Shown here in pieces: positions 1 through 8,530 of a stretch of DNA of 36,280 nucleotides. This DNA comes from Candidatus Brocadiaceae bacterium. GTDB lineage: Bacteria; Planctomycetota; Brocadiia; Brocadiales; Bathyanammoxibiaceae. The stretch is taken from the NCBI GenBank assembly GCA_030018855.1, contig JASEHG010000001.1, forward strand, positions 1 to 36,280. Reading direction: 5' to 3'. The translations under genes and the position numbers were made by a program. The notes under the pieces were generated by a model. It saw only the letters and a program-made list of their open reading frames with translations. It ran no database searches and was not told the origin of the DNA. The stretch's first letter is position 1. The number at the start of each line of letters is the position of its first letter.

Positions 1-1
1 G

Positions 2-532
2 TTTTTCACCAATATGACCCAGAACACCTTCATTGTGTTGTCTGTATTGGTTGGTTTGTCCTTCGTCACCAAGAATTTCTGGTGCAGGTATCTGTGTCCC
101 TATGGCGCATTCCTGGGGTTCCTGCATTTTAATAACCCCTTCGGGTTCAGGGTGACACGGAATGAGCTGAAGTGTATTGACTGCGGGGCCTGCAGGAGGG
201 CGTGTCCCGTGCTCCTCCCTGTAGATAAGGTGAAGGTGGAAATCTCCCCCGAGTGCTGGCACTGTTACGACTGTCTTAACGTCTGCCCCGTACCGGGGGC
301 ATTGGAGATGAAGGTGGGAGGGGCAAGGGGCAACGTCCATTATGCCCTCTACGCAGTCCTGTTACTGGGCCTCTTTGCAGGGGCTACCACCTGGGCCAGG
401 TATAATGGCCACTGGTACACCTCTATAACCACGCAGGAATACATAGTCCGTGTGGCCGAACTTAACAACCCCAAGTATGAGCACAAGAGGGGAAAGTTTG
501 AGCTGGAATCCAGTGAAAAAAGTAGACAGTAG
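2..532 (+). CDS. NapH/MauN/YccM-type membrane-bound 4Fe-4S ferredoxin, C-terminal part (5' end lies outside the window)
   Basis: The frame is open from the window edge. It has two ferredoxin Cys clusters (CIDCGACRRACP and CWHCYDCLNVCP), preceded by CRYLCPYGAF and followed by a hydrophobic helix. Confidence 0.75.
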   Translation, partial: FFTNMTQNTFIVLSVLVGLSFVTKNFWCRYLCPYGAFLGFLHFNNPFGFRVTRNELKCIDCGACRRACPVLLPVDKVKVEISPECWHCYDCLNVCPVPGALEMKVGGARGNVHYALYAVLLLGLFAGATTWARYNGHWYTSITTQEYIVRVAELNNPKYEHKRGKFELESSEKSRQ

Positions 533-653
533 ACAGCAAACAGTAGGCAGGAAAACCCATGTCAAATCCAAATTTGAAAATCCAAAGATTTGGGCTTTGA
601 AATTTGAACTCTTCATTTATCCCTGTATGCCGTCTACTGACTACTGTCTACTG
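521..653. repeat. Long imperfect hairpin. Outer arms are CAGTAGA-type heptamers (521-550 versus 624-653; 521-532 pairs perfectly with 642-653). Inner arms are CAAATYY/TTGAAAT heptamers.
   Basis: Read directly: agtagacagtag / ctactgtctact, with a nested low-complexity palindrome at 561-610. Confidence 0.85.
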
Positions 654-655
654 AA

Positions 656-1675
656 ATGAAATACCTCCCTATAGGGAAGCCAGACCCTGAACTCCTTGCT
701 AGACTCCTGGAGCAATATACGGGGGCTAAAGATAGGCGTTTAGTAATAGGGCCTGCCGTGGGGGAGGATGCGGCAGTTATTGATTTTGGGGACCGGTACC
801 TGGTAGCCAAGAGCGACCCCATTACCTACGCCACTGAACGCATAGGCTGGTATGCCGTACACATAAATGCCAATGACATAGTCACCCTGGGGGCTGAGCC
901 CAAGTGGTTCCTTGCCACCTTACTCCTTCCCGAAGGAAAGACCGACGAGGGGCTGGTAAGGGGCATCTTTGCCGATATGGCCAGGGCCTCAAAAGAGTTG
1001 GGGGTAGCCCTTTCTGGAGGACACACGGAAGTAACCCCTGGGCTTGATAGACCGATATTGATTGGGCATATGCTGGGCGAGGTGGCCAGGGATAGACTCG
1101 TCCTGAAGACCAATGCCAGGCCCGGGGACAGGATTATCTTGACAAAGGGTATAGCAATAGAAGGTACGGCCCTCTTAGCCAGGGAGAAATCAAGGGAGTT
1201 AGTGACTCACTTCGGTAAGGCTTTCGTACAAAGGGCAAAAAGATTTCTACTTGAGCCAGGAATCAGCATAGTCAAAGAGGCCCTTACCGCCGCCAAAGCC
1301 GCAAGGGTCCACGCCATGCACGACCTCACAGAAGGGGGACTAGCCGCTGGCATACGGGAGATGGCAGAAATTGCCGGCCTGGGGGCTGAGGTGGATAGAC
1401 AGAAGATACACGTCCTTCCAGAGACAGAAAAGCTTTGTTCATATTACGGACTGGACCCACTGGGCACTATAGCCTCCGGGTCCCTCCTTATCGCGGTGGC
1501 CCCGAGGGACAGTGGTAAGGTACTCTCCGCCCTGGAGGCAGAGGGGGTAATGGCTGAGGACATAGGTTGTCTTAGAGAGAAGGCAAGGGGGCTAAAACTA
1601 ATGGAGGATGGACGGCCAAAGGTTTTTCCCGCCTTTGAGGTGGATGAGGTAACGCGGATATTATCCAGGGATTAG
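656..1675 (+). CDS. AIR synthase-related protein (PurM/ThiL/HypE/SelD superfamily); specific function unknown
   Basis: The N-terminus has GPAVGEDAAVIDF...VAKSDP, followed by the HINANDI and GGHTE motifs typical of the PurM-like ATP-binding fold. There is no C-terminal HypE Cys motif and no SelD N-terminal Cys/Sec. Confidence 0.75.
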   Translation: MKYLPIGKPDPELLARLLEQYTGAKDRRLVIGPAVGEDAAVIDFGDRYLVAKSDPITYATERIGWYAVHINANDIVTLGAEPKWFLATLLLPEGKTDEGLVRGIFADMARASKELGVALSGGHTEVTPGLDRPILIGHMLGEVARDRLVLKTNARPGDRIILTKGIAIEGTALLAREKSRELVTHFGKAFVQRAKRFLLEPGISIVKEALTAAKAARVHAMHDLTEGGLAAGIREMAEIAGLGAEVDRQKIHVLPETEKLCSYYGLDPLGTIASGSLLIAVAPRDSGKVLSALEAEGVMAEDIGCLREKARGLKLMEDGRPKVFPAFEVDEVTRILSRD

Positions 1676-1680
1676 TGGTG

Positions 1681-1702
1681 GGGGCGTATTGCAATACGCC
1701 CC
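1681..1702. terminator. Perfect 22-bp GC-rich palindrome GGGGCGTATTGCAATACGCCCC between convergent genes. Possible bidirectional terminator and a member of the GTAGGGGC...GCCCCTAC repeat family.
   Basis: The self-complementarity is perfect on reading. No U-tract follows it, so terminator function is uncertain. Confidence 0.4.
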
Positions 1703-1726
1703 TACATTAAGCGATCAGGTCTGTCC

Positions 1727-2779
1727 CTACTCCAGTAACAATCTTCTATGGGCTATCCTGTTGGCCAGTTTCCAGGAGGCGAGGGTCTCCCTCCGCTCGC
1801 GCTTGGAAAGCTCAGTGTAAATCTGTAGGGGCTGAATATTTTCAGCCCCTACTGCCTCGTTGATGGCCTGGGCGGCCAGTAGCCCGGTGGCCAGGGCAGA
1901 GGATATGCCTTCACCGAACATGTTAAGAAACCCTGCGGCCTCCCCGACAAGGAGTACGTTACCACTACCCAGATAAAAATTCCCCGTGGCGCAGAGGTTT
2001 GTACCCAGACAGCTGGTCTTCCTTACCAGCCTTCCCAGCTTTAATCCAAAATGTTTCTGCAGGAACTCGGTGTAAGTCTTGAGGTAAGGCCCAAATTTCT
2101 CCCCCCTCTTGACTGAGGTGCCAAAGACAATAAAATCGTCTTTCACGTTAAACCATGCGTATATCTCTCCCATACCCGGGTCAAGGAAGCCGTGATACCA
2201 TTCGGGGTCCAGGTTACATTCCCCCTCATAATAGTTCTGGTAGGCCAGGAACCAGAGACATTCCTTCTCCAGTTGGGGATTCAATTTGGCCCTTATGGAT
2301 GACAGACACCCCTCTGCCCCCACCAGATATTTACAACGTATTTCTATAGCCCCCGCTCTCTCATCCTGACAATAAAGTATTATCTCTCTACCATTAACCC
2401 TAAAGTCTTTTAGCAGACACCTGTCCCTTACCTCTGCCCCCGAGCGATCTATAAGGAATTTGTCGTACTGTGCCCGCCAGACGTTGGGCGCCCCTTCCTT
2501 CCCCCCGAAGGGCCAGTTGGTGTATTTCTCTGTGTTTTCCCAGAGGCGCACCCCTTTTATTATCTTTGGCTTGCAGTAGCATTCCTCTGGGATTTGTCCG
2601 AAGTGTTTCTGGGTGAGCTTCAGGGACTTCTCGTTGATGAGTCCACTGCATATCTTGTACCTGGGGAGACTCTTTCTCTCCACCACCAGCACCCCCAGGC
2701 CGTTCTGGGTTAGTCCCTTTGCTGTCGCCGCCCCGGAAGGCCCCGCCCCCACCACCACCACGTCGTATTCCCTATTCAT
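1727..2779 (-). CDS. FAD-dependent oxidoreductase, geranylgeranyl reductase family
   Basis: N-terminal dinucleotide-binding motif DVVVVGAGPSGAATA, and a GGR-like length and layout (350 aa). Confidence 0.75.
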   Translation of the reverse strand: MNREYDVVVVGAGPSGAATAKGLTQNGLGVLVVERKSLPRYKICSGLINEKSLKLTQKHFGQIPEECYCKPKIIKGVRLWENTEKYTNWPFGGKEGAPNVWRAQYDKFLIDRSGAEVRDRCLLKDFRVNGREIILYCQDERAGAIEIRCKYLVGAEGCLSSIRAKLNPQLEKECLWFLAYQNYYEGECNLDPEWYHGFLDPGMGEIYAWFNVKDDFIVFGTSVKRGEKFGPYLKTYTEFLQKHFGLKLGRLVRKTSCLGTNLCATGNFYLGSGNVLLVGEAAGFLNMFGEGISSALATGLLAAQAINEAVGAENIQPLQIYTELSKRERRETLASWKLANRIAHRRLLLE

Positions 2780-2831
2780 GTATTAAAGAGTAGACAGCAT
2801 GGGTGAGGATGAATCATTCCCCGTTTGTCAT

Positions 2832-2875
2832 CTACTTCCTTACTGTTTGCTGTCTACTGTCTACTGTTTACTGTT
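2832..2875. repeat. Tandem heptamer array (CTACTKY-type: TCTACTG TCTACTG TTTACTG) overlapping the rpsP stop codon
   Basis: Read directly. The rpsP C-terminal codons ...AAA CAG TAA lie inside the array. Confidence 0.8.
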
Positions 2876-3122
2876 TAAAGGCAACCCCCTGCCTCTTCAG
2901 TATGGCGGCCACAGACTCGGTAGGTTTAGCCCCCACGCTGACCCAGTGCTCTATGCGCTCCTTCTTTACGAACTCCCTCTTGGCATCTTCTTTAGCCAGG
3001 GGGTCATACCAGCCCACCTCCTCAACGGTCTTCCCGTCACGCTCCTCGTGGGCATCCATGATGGCAATCCTGTAAAAGGGCCTGTTCTTCCTGCCCATCC
3101 TCTTTAACCTGATACGAACCAT
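2868..3122 (-). CDS. rpsP: 30S ribosomal protein S16
   Basis: MVRIRLKRMGRKNRPFYRI is the canonical S16 N-terminus. A strong SD (AAGGAGGT) lies upstream. Confidence 0.95.
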   Translation of the reverse strand: MVRIRLKRMGRKNRPFYRIAIMDAHEERDGKTVEEVGWYDPLAKEDAKREFVKKERIEHWVSVGAKPTESVAAILKRQGVAFKQ

Positions 3123-3146
3123 TTATACCTCCTTACCTCCTTTTAT

Positions 3147-3200
3147 GTAGCCGCAGGCTTCAGCCTGCGGTAAATAACGCAACCTAAAGGTTGCGGCTAC
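3147..3200. repeat. Compound palindrome. Outer stem GTAGCCGCA/TGCGGCTAC encloses two hairpins, CGCAGGCTTCAGCCTGCG and GCAACCTAAAGGTTGC.
   Basis: Read directly. The first 24 nt recur at 28661-28684 and 32619-32642. Confidence 0.85.
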
Positions 3201-3211
3201 TAGACGGAACA

Positions 3212-3290
3212 CAGAATACAGGATTCAGAATGCAGAATCAAGAACACAATCCGCCTTAGGCGGACTGACTACTGAATTCTAAATTCTGCA
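3212..3290. repeat. Heptamer-arm hairpin (CAGAATR arms) tipped by the palindrome TCCGCCTTAGGCGGA (3250-3264)
   Basis: tgcagaat (3231-3238) pairs with attctgca (3283-3290), and the central GC palindrome is perfect. Confidence 0.8.
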
Positions 3291-3297
3291 ATATGAC

Positions 3298-4647
3298 TTA
3301 CTTCCTCTTCCCCTTTAGCATACCCACAGGTACCCCCTTGGGGAGGCCCATCCTGAACGGGCTGGTGGTGCTCATCTGTTTGAGCATCTTCTTCATGAAG
3401 CGGAACTGCTTGAGGAGTTGGTTCACGTCGTGAGGGGTAGTGGCGCTCCCCGTGGCAATCCGCTGGCGGCGGCTCCCATCAATAATTTCCGGGTTCTTCC
3501 TCTCGGCCTTGTTCATGGACTGCATGATGGCCTCAATCTTCTTCATCTGGGCCTCTTCTACCTCCATGCCCTCCATCTTGGTGCCCATGCCTGGAATCAT
3601 GCCCATGAGTTCCTGTAATGGGCCCATCTTCTTCACCTTCTGCAGTTGGTCAAGGAAGTCTTCCAGTGTGAGGGACTCCTCCTTTATCTTCCTGGCAAAG
3701 GCCTTGGCCTCCTCCTCTTTGACGGCGGCCTGGGCCTTCTCCACGAGGGTTACCACGTCCCCCATCCCCAGTATCCTGGAGGCCATCCTGTCGGGGTAGA
3801 ATTCCTCCAGCATCTCCAGCTTCTCGCCCACCCCTACGTATCTTATTGGTTTACCCGTAACGGCCTTGACTGAGAGGGCGGCCCCTCCACGGGTATCACC
3901 GTCCAGCTTGGTAAGGATGGCCCCGTCAAATTCCAGCTGGGAGTTAAACTCTTTGGCACTATTCACGGCGTCCTGGCCCGTCATGGCGTCGCAGACAAAC
4001 AGGATAACGTGTGGTTTAGTCCTCTCTTTTATCTCCCGTAGTTCTGACATAAGCTCCTCGTCAATATGGAGCCTCCCGGCGGTGTCCAGTACAATAGTAT
4101 TCTGTCCATTCTTTATGGCATGTTCAACGGCCTTCTCGCAGAGGAGTGGGGGCTGGCCCCCGTTCTCTGAATAGACAGGTATGCCTAGCTGTTTACCCAG
4201 TATCTTGAGTTGCTCTACGGCGGCGGGTCTCTGGACGTCAGCCGCCACCAGGAGGGGCTTACGCCCCTTAGAGAGGGCCAGTTTGGCCAGCTTGGCCGCA
4301 GTGGTGGTCTTACCGCAACCGTGAAGCCCCACTAACATTATTACGGTAGGGTTGCCCTCCTGGAAGGTAAGGGGCTGGCCCACCGGGCCCATGAGCCCGA
4401 CGAGCTCATCATAGATAATCTTTATGACCTGTTGTCCTGGGGTAACGCTCTGTAGTACCTCTTCCCCTACGGCCTTCTCCGTCACCCTCTGGATTAGGTC
4501 TTTGACGACCTTGTAGTTGACATCGGCCTCCAGGAGGGCAGTCCTTACCTCTCTAAGCCCCTCCTGGATGTTCTCCCTGGTAAGGCGGCCCTTCCCCCTC
4601 AGCCTGTCAAAGACGGTCTCTAGACTTTTAGTAATGGATTCAAACAT
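3298..4647 (-). CDS. ffh: Signal recognition particle protein Ffh
   Basis: N domain, then the SRP GTPase motifs GLHGCGKTTT, DTAGR and TKLDG, then a Met-rich M domain. Confidence 0.97.
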   Translation of the reverse strand: MFESITKSLETVFDRLRGKGRLTRENIQEGLREVRTALLEADVNYKVVKDLIQRVTEKAVGEEVLQSVTPGQQVIKIIYDELVGLMGPVGQPLTFQEGNPTVIMLVGLHGCGKTTTAAKLAKLALSKGRKPLLVAADVQRPAAVEQLKILGKQLGIPVYSENGGQPPLLCEKAVEHAIKNGQNTIVLDTAGRLHIDEELMSELREIKERTKPHVILFVCDAMTGQDAVNSAKEFNSQLEFDGAILTKLDGDTRGGAALSVKAVTGKPIRYVGVGEKLEMLEEFYPDRMASRILGMGDVVTLVEKAQAAVKEEEAKAFARKIKEESLTLEDFLDQLQKVKKMGPLQELMGMIPGMGTKMEGMEVEEAQMKKIEAIMQSMNKAERKNPEIIDGSRRQRIATGSATTPHDVNQLLKQFRFMKKMLKQMSTTSPFRMGLPKGVPVGMLKGKRK

Positions 4648-4669
4648 GGTCTGTGTACTTATATTATAC

Positions 4670-4695
4670 AGCAGTAGGCACTACTTCCTACTGCT
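4670..4695. repeat. 9-bp stem hairpin AGCAGTAGG / CCTACTGCT downstream of murA
   Basis: Read directly; same CAGTAGG unit family as the other arms. Confidence 0.7.
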
Positions 4696-4769
4696 TACTA
4701 GGTTTCCAAGGCATTATACTTGAGGGTCTTAAGATATGCAAGGGTCATGCTGAATGCAGGATGTGCCGC

Positions 4770-6077
4770 CTAAGATGCTATGGCCACTGGTCTTGGGATA
4801 TGCAACAGAGGTTGGTCTACTACCCGCTTTATTTTTGCACCTAGTTGGGCTAGCCTCTCCTCAAGGCGTTCGTAACCCCTGTCCAGATTTTGGAGACCCC
4901 TGACCTCTGTGGTGCCTTTGGCGGCCAGTCCAGCAATGACCAGGCTGGCACCAGCCCTGAGATCAGCGGCCTTGACCTCCGCTCCCGAGAGGTGGTCTAC
5001 ACCCTGGACGATGATATTATTCCCTTCCTTTGTGATAGAGGCCCCCATGCGGTTGAGTTCGGCGACGTGGGCGATTCTCTCAGGAAAGACCTTCTCTGTG
5101 ATGACGCTAGTACCCTGGGCTATACTTAGCAGGGAGGTGAACTGCGGCTGCATGTCTGTAGGAAACCCTGGGTAGGGGAGTGCACTAGTGCAGGTGGCAG
5201 TCAGGTCTCCAGCCCCCTTTACCCTACACCCCCCGTCTTCTTCCGTTACCGTTACCCCTATTTCTCTTAATCTTTCTATCATTGCCTCCAGGTGTTCCAT
5301 CCTGGCATTTTCTATGAGGATGTTCCCTTTAGTGATGGCACTGGCCACCATGAAGGTCCCCGCTTCTATGCGGTCCGGTATTATCTTATAATCTATACCG
5401 CATAGCCCTTCTACCCCCTCAATCGTAAGACAGCTAGTACCTATCCCCGATACCTTTGCCCCGGCGAGGTTGAGGAAGTTGGCAAGGTCTTGTATCTCTG
5501 GCTCGCAGGCGGCACTCTTTATAACCGTTGTACCCTTGGCCAGGCAGGCGGCCATCATGACATTGGCCGTACCCAGGACGGTGGGGCCGAAGGACCCCGC
5601 CAGGTGTATCTCTGTCCCGTAGAGGTCACTACCATCGGCAATAATGTTCCCCCTATCCTGGGTTATTGTTGCCCCCAGGGACTGGAGTCCTTTTATGTGC
5701 AGGTCTATGGGCCTGTCTCCTATGACACAACCCCCTGGCCTGGCCACCTCTGCCCTCCCCCACCTCCCCAACAGTGGGCCCAGGGCGCAGAGAGAGGCCC
5801 TCATCTTTTCTACAAATTCGTACGGGGCCACCGTCTCCCCCGGCCTCGTTACTTCTAGTCCCATGCTTCCGTCCTTCAATCGTTCCACCGTCATCCCAAG
5901 ACAGCGGAGGAGGTCCATCATAACCCGTACGTCGGCAATGTCTGGAATGCCTTTTATCCTTGAGGGGCCGTGGGCAAGGATGCAAGCGGCCATGATAGGC
6001 AGGGCGGCGTTCTTGGCCCCATTAACAGACACCCGTCCGTGGAGACGTCTTCCTCCCTCAATAATAATCTTTTCCAT
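4770..6077 (-). CDS. murA: UDP-N-acetylglucosamine 1-carboxyvinyltransferase
   Basis: Full-length MurA-like sequence: GRVSVNGAKNAALP N-terminus and the active-site region PGGCVIGDRPIDLH. Confidence 0.95.
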   Translation of the reverse strand: MEKIIIEGGRRLHGRVSVNGAKNAALPIMAACILAHGPSRIKGIPDIADVRVMMDLLRCLGMTVERLKDGSMGLEVTRPGETVAPYEFVEKMRASLCALGPLLGRWGRAEVARPGGCVIGDRPIDLHIKGLQSLGATITQDRGNIIADGSDLYGTEIHLAGSFGPTVLGTANVMMAACLAKGTTVIKSAACEPEIQDLANFLNLAGAKVSGIGTSCLTIEGVEGLCGIDYKIIPDRIEAGTFMVASAITKGNILIENARMEHLEAMIERLREIGVTVTEEDGGCRVKGAGDLTATCTSALPYPGFPTDMQPQFTSLLSIAQGTSVITEKVFPERIAHVAELNRMGASITKEGNNIIVQGVDHLSGAEVKAADLRAGASLVIAGLAAKGTTEVRGLQNLDRGYERLEERLAQLGAKIKRVVDQPLLHIPRPVAIAS

Positions 6078-6081
6078 CTTT

Positions 6082-7017
6082 TTATCGCTCGGCCCGCCTA
6101 AGGCGGATACCGCCTCCCCTCCTGGCTACTATCACCCGCTCTATGTCTTGCAGGTCTTTTATTGCCTCCCCCCCTCCTAGATTTTCTTCCTTCAGGATAA
6201 GCCCGCTAATAGGAGCGGCTTGCCCCTCTCCCAGTTCCAGCACCAACCAGCCCCCTGGTTGTAGCCAGAGGGGGGCCCCCTTTATAATCTCTCGGTAGCA
6301 GTCCATACCGTCTTTACCAGCAATGAGCGCCTCCGGGGACTCATGGTTCCTCACCTCCGGCTGCAGTCCCTTCCACTCCCCCTCCGGGACGTAGGGGGGG
6401 TTGGAGGCAATGAAGTCCACCCTGCCCTCAAGTCCCAGGCCTTGAAAGGCGGCGTAGAGGGGGCCTTTTAGAAAAGAGATTTTGTCTTCCACCAGATGCC
6501 TCTGGGCATTAAATCGGGCCAGCCTCAGTGCCTTTTTAGAGGTATCAGAGGCATATACCTCTGCATGGGGGAGGTTGACGGCAAGGGAGACGGCTATGTT
6601 GCCGCTCCCTGTGCCGATGTCCATGATAATTGTAGATTGGGTGGGTTCTGCCCTCTGTAGTACCGCTTCCACCACCAGTTCCGTCTCGGGTCTGGGGATG
6701 AACACCCCTTCTTCTGTCAGGAAGTCAATGGACATGAATTCTACATGCCCAATAATGTACTGGAGGGGTACCCTGGCGGCCCTCTTTTTGACTAGACGTC
6801 GGAAGGTTCTCAGGGGGGCGGTGTCTATGGATTCATTAAGTCTGGCGTAGAGTTGGTGTCTTGGTAGGCTTAAGACTTCTGAGAGGAGTACCTCGGCGTC
6901 TAAGCGGGGGGAATCTACCCCTGTCTTCTCCAGGAGTTGAGTGGCCTCTAGCAATGCCTCCTGGAGGCTCTTAGACCCTTTCTGAGGGCTCAGCGGGGCA
7001 CTACGATGAGGCATCAA
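6082..7017 (-). CDS. prmC: Release-factor glutamine N5-methyltransferase PrmC/HemK, with a repeat-derived C-terminal tail
   Basis: SAM motif DIGTGSG and catalytic NPPY. It lies directly downstream of prfA. The last ~11 codons (GGGIRLRRAER) overlap the palindrome CCGCCTAAGGCGG at 6094-6106. Confidence 0.9.
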   Translation of the reverse strand: MMPHRSAPLSPQKGSKSLQEALLEATQLLEKTGVDSPRLDAEVLLSEVLSLPRHQLYARLNESIDTAPLRTFRRLVKKRAARVPLQYIIGHVEFMSIDFLTEEGVFIPRPETELVVEAVLQRAEPTQSTIIMDIGTGSGNIAVSLAVNLPHAEVYASDTSKKALRLARFNAQRHLVEDKISFLKGPLYAAFQGLGLEGRVDFIASNPPYVPEGEWKGLQPEVRNHESPEALIAGKDGMDCYREIIKGAPLWLQPGGWLVLELGEGQAAPISGLILKEENLGGGEAIKDLQDIERVIVARRGGGIRLRRAER

Positions 7018-7035
7018 TAGTGAATGGTATTCATA

Positions 7036-8124
7036 TCAATGGGTCGCCACCAGTTGTCTTAATTGTTCTTCCCTGCTGTATGCCTGGAGTTGTTCCAGCA
7101 GCTCGTCTATGTGGCCTAGCATGAACTTTTCCAGGTCGTAGAGGGAGAAGTTTATCCTATGGTCAGTAACACGGTTCTGCGGGAAATTATAGGTGCGGAT
7201 CTTTTCGCTACGGTCTCCGGTACCAATCTGTCCTTTGCGGGTCTTATCCCTCTTCTGCCTCTCTTGCTCCTCGTAGAACTCGTGGAGGCGGCTCTTGAGG
7301 ATCCGTTCGGCCTTGGACCTGTTTTTGTGCTGGGACTTCTCGTCCTGGCATCTTACGATTATCCCGGTGGGGATGTGGGTCATCCGGACGGCGGAGCTGG
7401 TCTTATTGACTTTTTGCCCCCCTGGCCCGGAGGCCCTCATGGTCTCAACCTTTAAGTCCTTCGGGTCTATATTGATTTCTACGTCTTCTACCTCTGGCAA
7501 GACGGCTACGGTAGCGGTTGAGGTGTGTATCCTACCCTGGGTCTCCGTAGCAGGTATCCTTTGTACCCTGTGGGTGCCGCTCTCGTGGCGGAGTCTCTGA
7601 TAGGCGCCCTCTCCCTCCACGGAGAAGATGACCTCTTTAAACCCGCCTATTTCCGTAGGGCTGCTATCAAAGACTTCTACCTTCCAGTCCTGTCTTTCTG
7701 CGTACTTTACGTACATACGGAACAGGTCTGCGGCGAACAGTGCCGCCTCCTCTCCCCCTGTCCCCGCCCTTATCTCCATGATGACACCCCCCTGTGCTCC
7801 TCCCTCCCGGGAGAGGAGTTGGTTGGTAATGTCTTCCATGAGTTCTTTCTCTTTTGCCTCTAGCCCCTGGAGTTCCTCCCGGGCCAGATGCTGGAATTCC
7901 TTGTCTTCCCCACCTGAGACAATCCTCTCTGCCTCTTCCTTTTGCTGGAGGAGTTGGGTGAACTGGAGGTAACGCTGGACTATCCTGGAGAGACTGCCCC
8001 TTTCCTTCATATAGGTGCCGTACTGGGCAGGATTGGCTAACGTGGCAGGGTCAGCTATCAGCCTCTCCAGCTCCATATACCTCTCGTTCAACGCCTTCAG
8101 TTTTTGTAACAGGTTGTCCTTCAT
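7036..8124 (-). CDS. prfA: Peptide chain release factor 1
   Basis: PAT tripeptide (RF1-type) and the GGQ motif [11 protein letters not shown]. Its start overlaps the rpmE stop as ATGA. Confidence 0.97.
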   Translation of the reverse strand: MKDNLLQKLKALNERYMELERLIADPATLANPAQYGTYMKERGSLSRIVQRYLQFTQLLQQKEEAERIVSGGEDKEFQHLAREELQGLEAKEKELMEDITNQLLSREGGAQGGVIMEIRAGTGGEEAALFAADLFRMYVKYAERQDWKVEVFDSSPTEIGGFKEVIFSVEGEGAYQRLRHESGTHRVQRIPATETQGRIHTSTATVAVLPEVEDVEINIDPKDLKVETMRASGPGGQKVNKTSSAVRMTHIPTGIIVRCQDEKSQHKNRSKAERILKSRLHEFYEEQERQKRDKTRKGQIGTGDRSEKIRTYNFPQNRVTDHRINFSLYDLEKFMLGHIDELLEQLQAYSREEQLRQLVATH

Positions 8125-8402
8125 TTTTTCTCTTCGGGTGGCAGGGCTGCTACCGAGGGGCTGCCTGGGGCGGCTACCGCCTCTTCTTTTTCTACGGCCT
8201 TAGCGCTCTTTCTGTACCGGCGACGGAACCTCTCCACCTTGCCGGTGGTGTCTACCAGTCTCTGTCTGCCCGTATAAAACGGGTGGCACTTGGAACATAT
8301 TTCAACCACTATCTTGGGCTTGGTGGAGCGGGTCTTAAAGGTCTCGCCGCAGCCGCATGTCACCGTCGCCTCTACGTATTCAGGATGTATATCTTTTTTC
8401 AT
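8121..8402 (-). CDS. rpmE: 50S ribosomal protein L31 (Zn-ribbon type), with a roughly 28-aa Ala/Glu/Pro-rich C-terminal extension
   Basis: [10 protein letters not shown]-terminus and the CxC...CxxCH cysteines. Confidence 0.92.
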   Translation of the reverse strand: MKKDIHPEYVEATVTCGCGETFKTRSTKPKIVVEICSKCHPFYTGRQRLVDTTGKVERFRRRYRKSAKAVEKEEAVAAPGSPSVAALPPEEKK

Positions 8403-8421
8403 CTCCTCACCTCAAAACCTA

Positions 8422-8450
8422 ATTTTAGCAAATTAATCCTCCTATGGCAA
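8422..8450 (-). promoter_or_regulatory. Candidate sigma70-type promoter for rpmE-prfA-prmC-murA
   Basis: On the minus strand: TTGCCA, 17 nt, TAAAAT. It lies about 20 nt upstream of the SD GGTGAGGAG. Confidence 0.5.
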
Positions 8451-8461
8451 TATGGAAAATA

Positions 8462-8530
8462 CTAGGGACTAAGCACTAGGCACTGAGGACTAAAAGAAGA
8501 CTTGTTTACTGCCTAGTGCTTAGTGTCCAG
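8462..8530 (-). terminator. Heptamer-arm hairpin (GCACTAR units) overlapping the resB stop and followed by TATTTT on the minus strand. Candidate intrinsic terminator of ccsA-resB.
   Basis: 13-bp perfect core: taagcactaggca (8470-8482) pairs with tgcctagtgctta (8510-8522). Confidence 0.5.

Noticed and set aside
2799-3107. Plus-strand ORFs (102 and 90 aa) containing LLSTVYCLL-type peptides.
   Set aside because: They are antisense to the well-supported rpsP. The N-terminal peptide is just the open strand of the heptamer array. There is no RBS or other support.
4648-4669. TATAAT hexamer on the minus strand (4668-4663), 15 nt upstream of the ffh ATG, as an ffh promoter.
   Set aside because: There is no acceptable -35. 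The implied leader of about 8 nt has no SD. The hexamer may be fortuitous in AT-rich spacer sequence, and ffh may be transcribed with murA.
8121-8204. C-terminal extension of about 28 aa on ribosomal protein L31, as a possible fusion or repeat-derived tail.
   Set aside because: No palindrome or heptamer array underlies it. Ala/Glu/Pro-rich tails on small ribosomal proteins are common lineage-specific variation.
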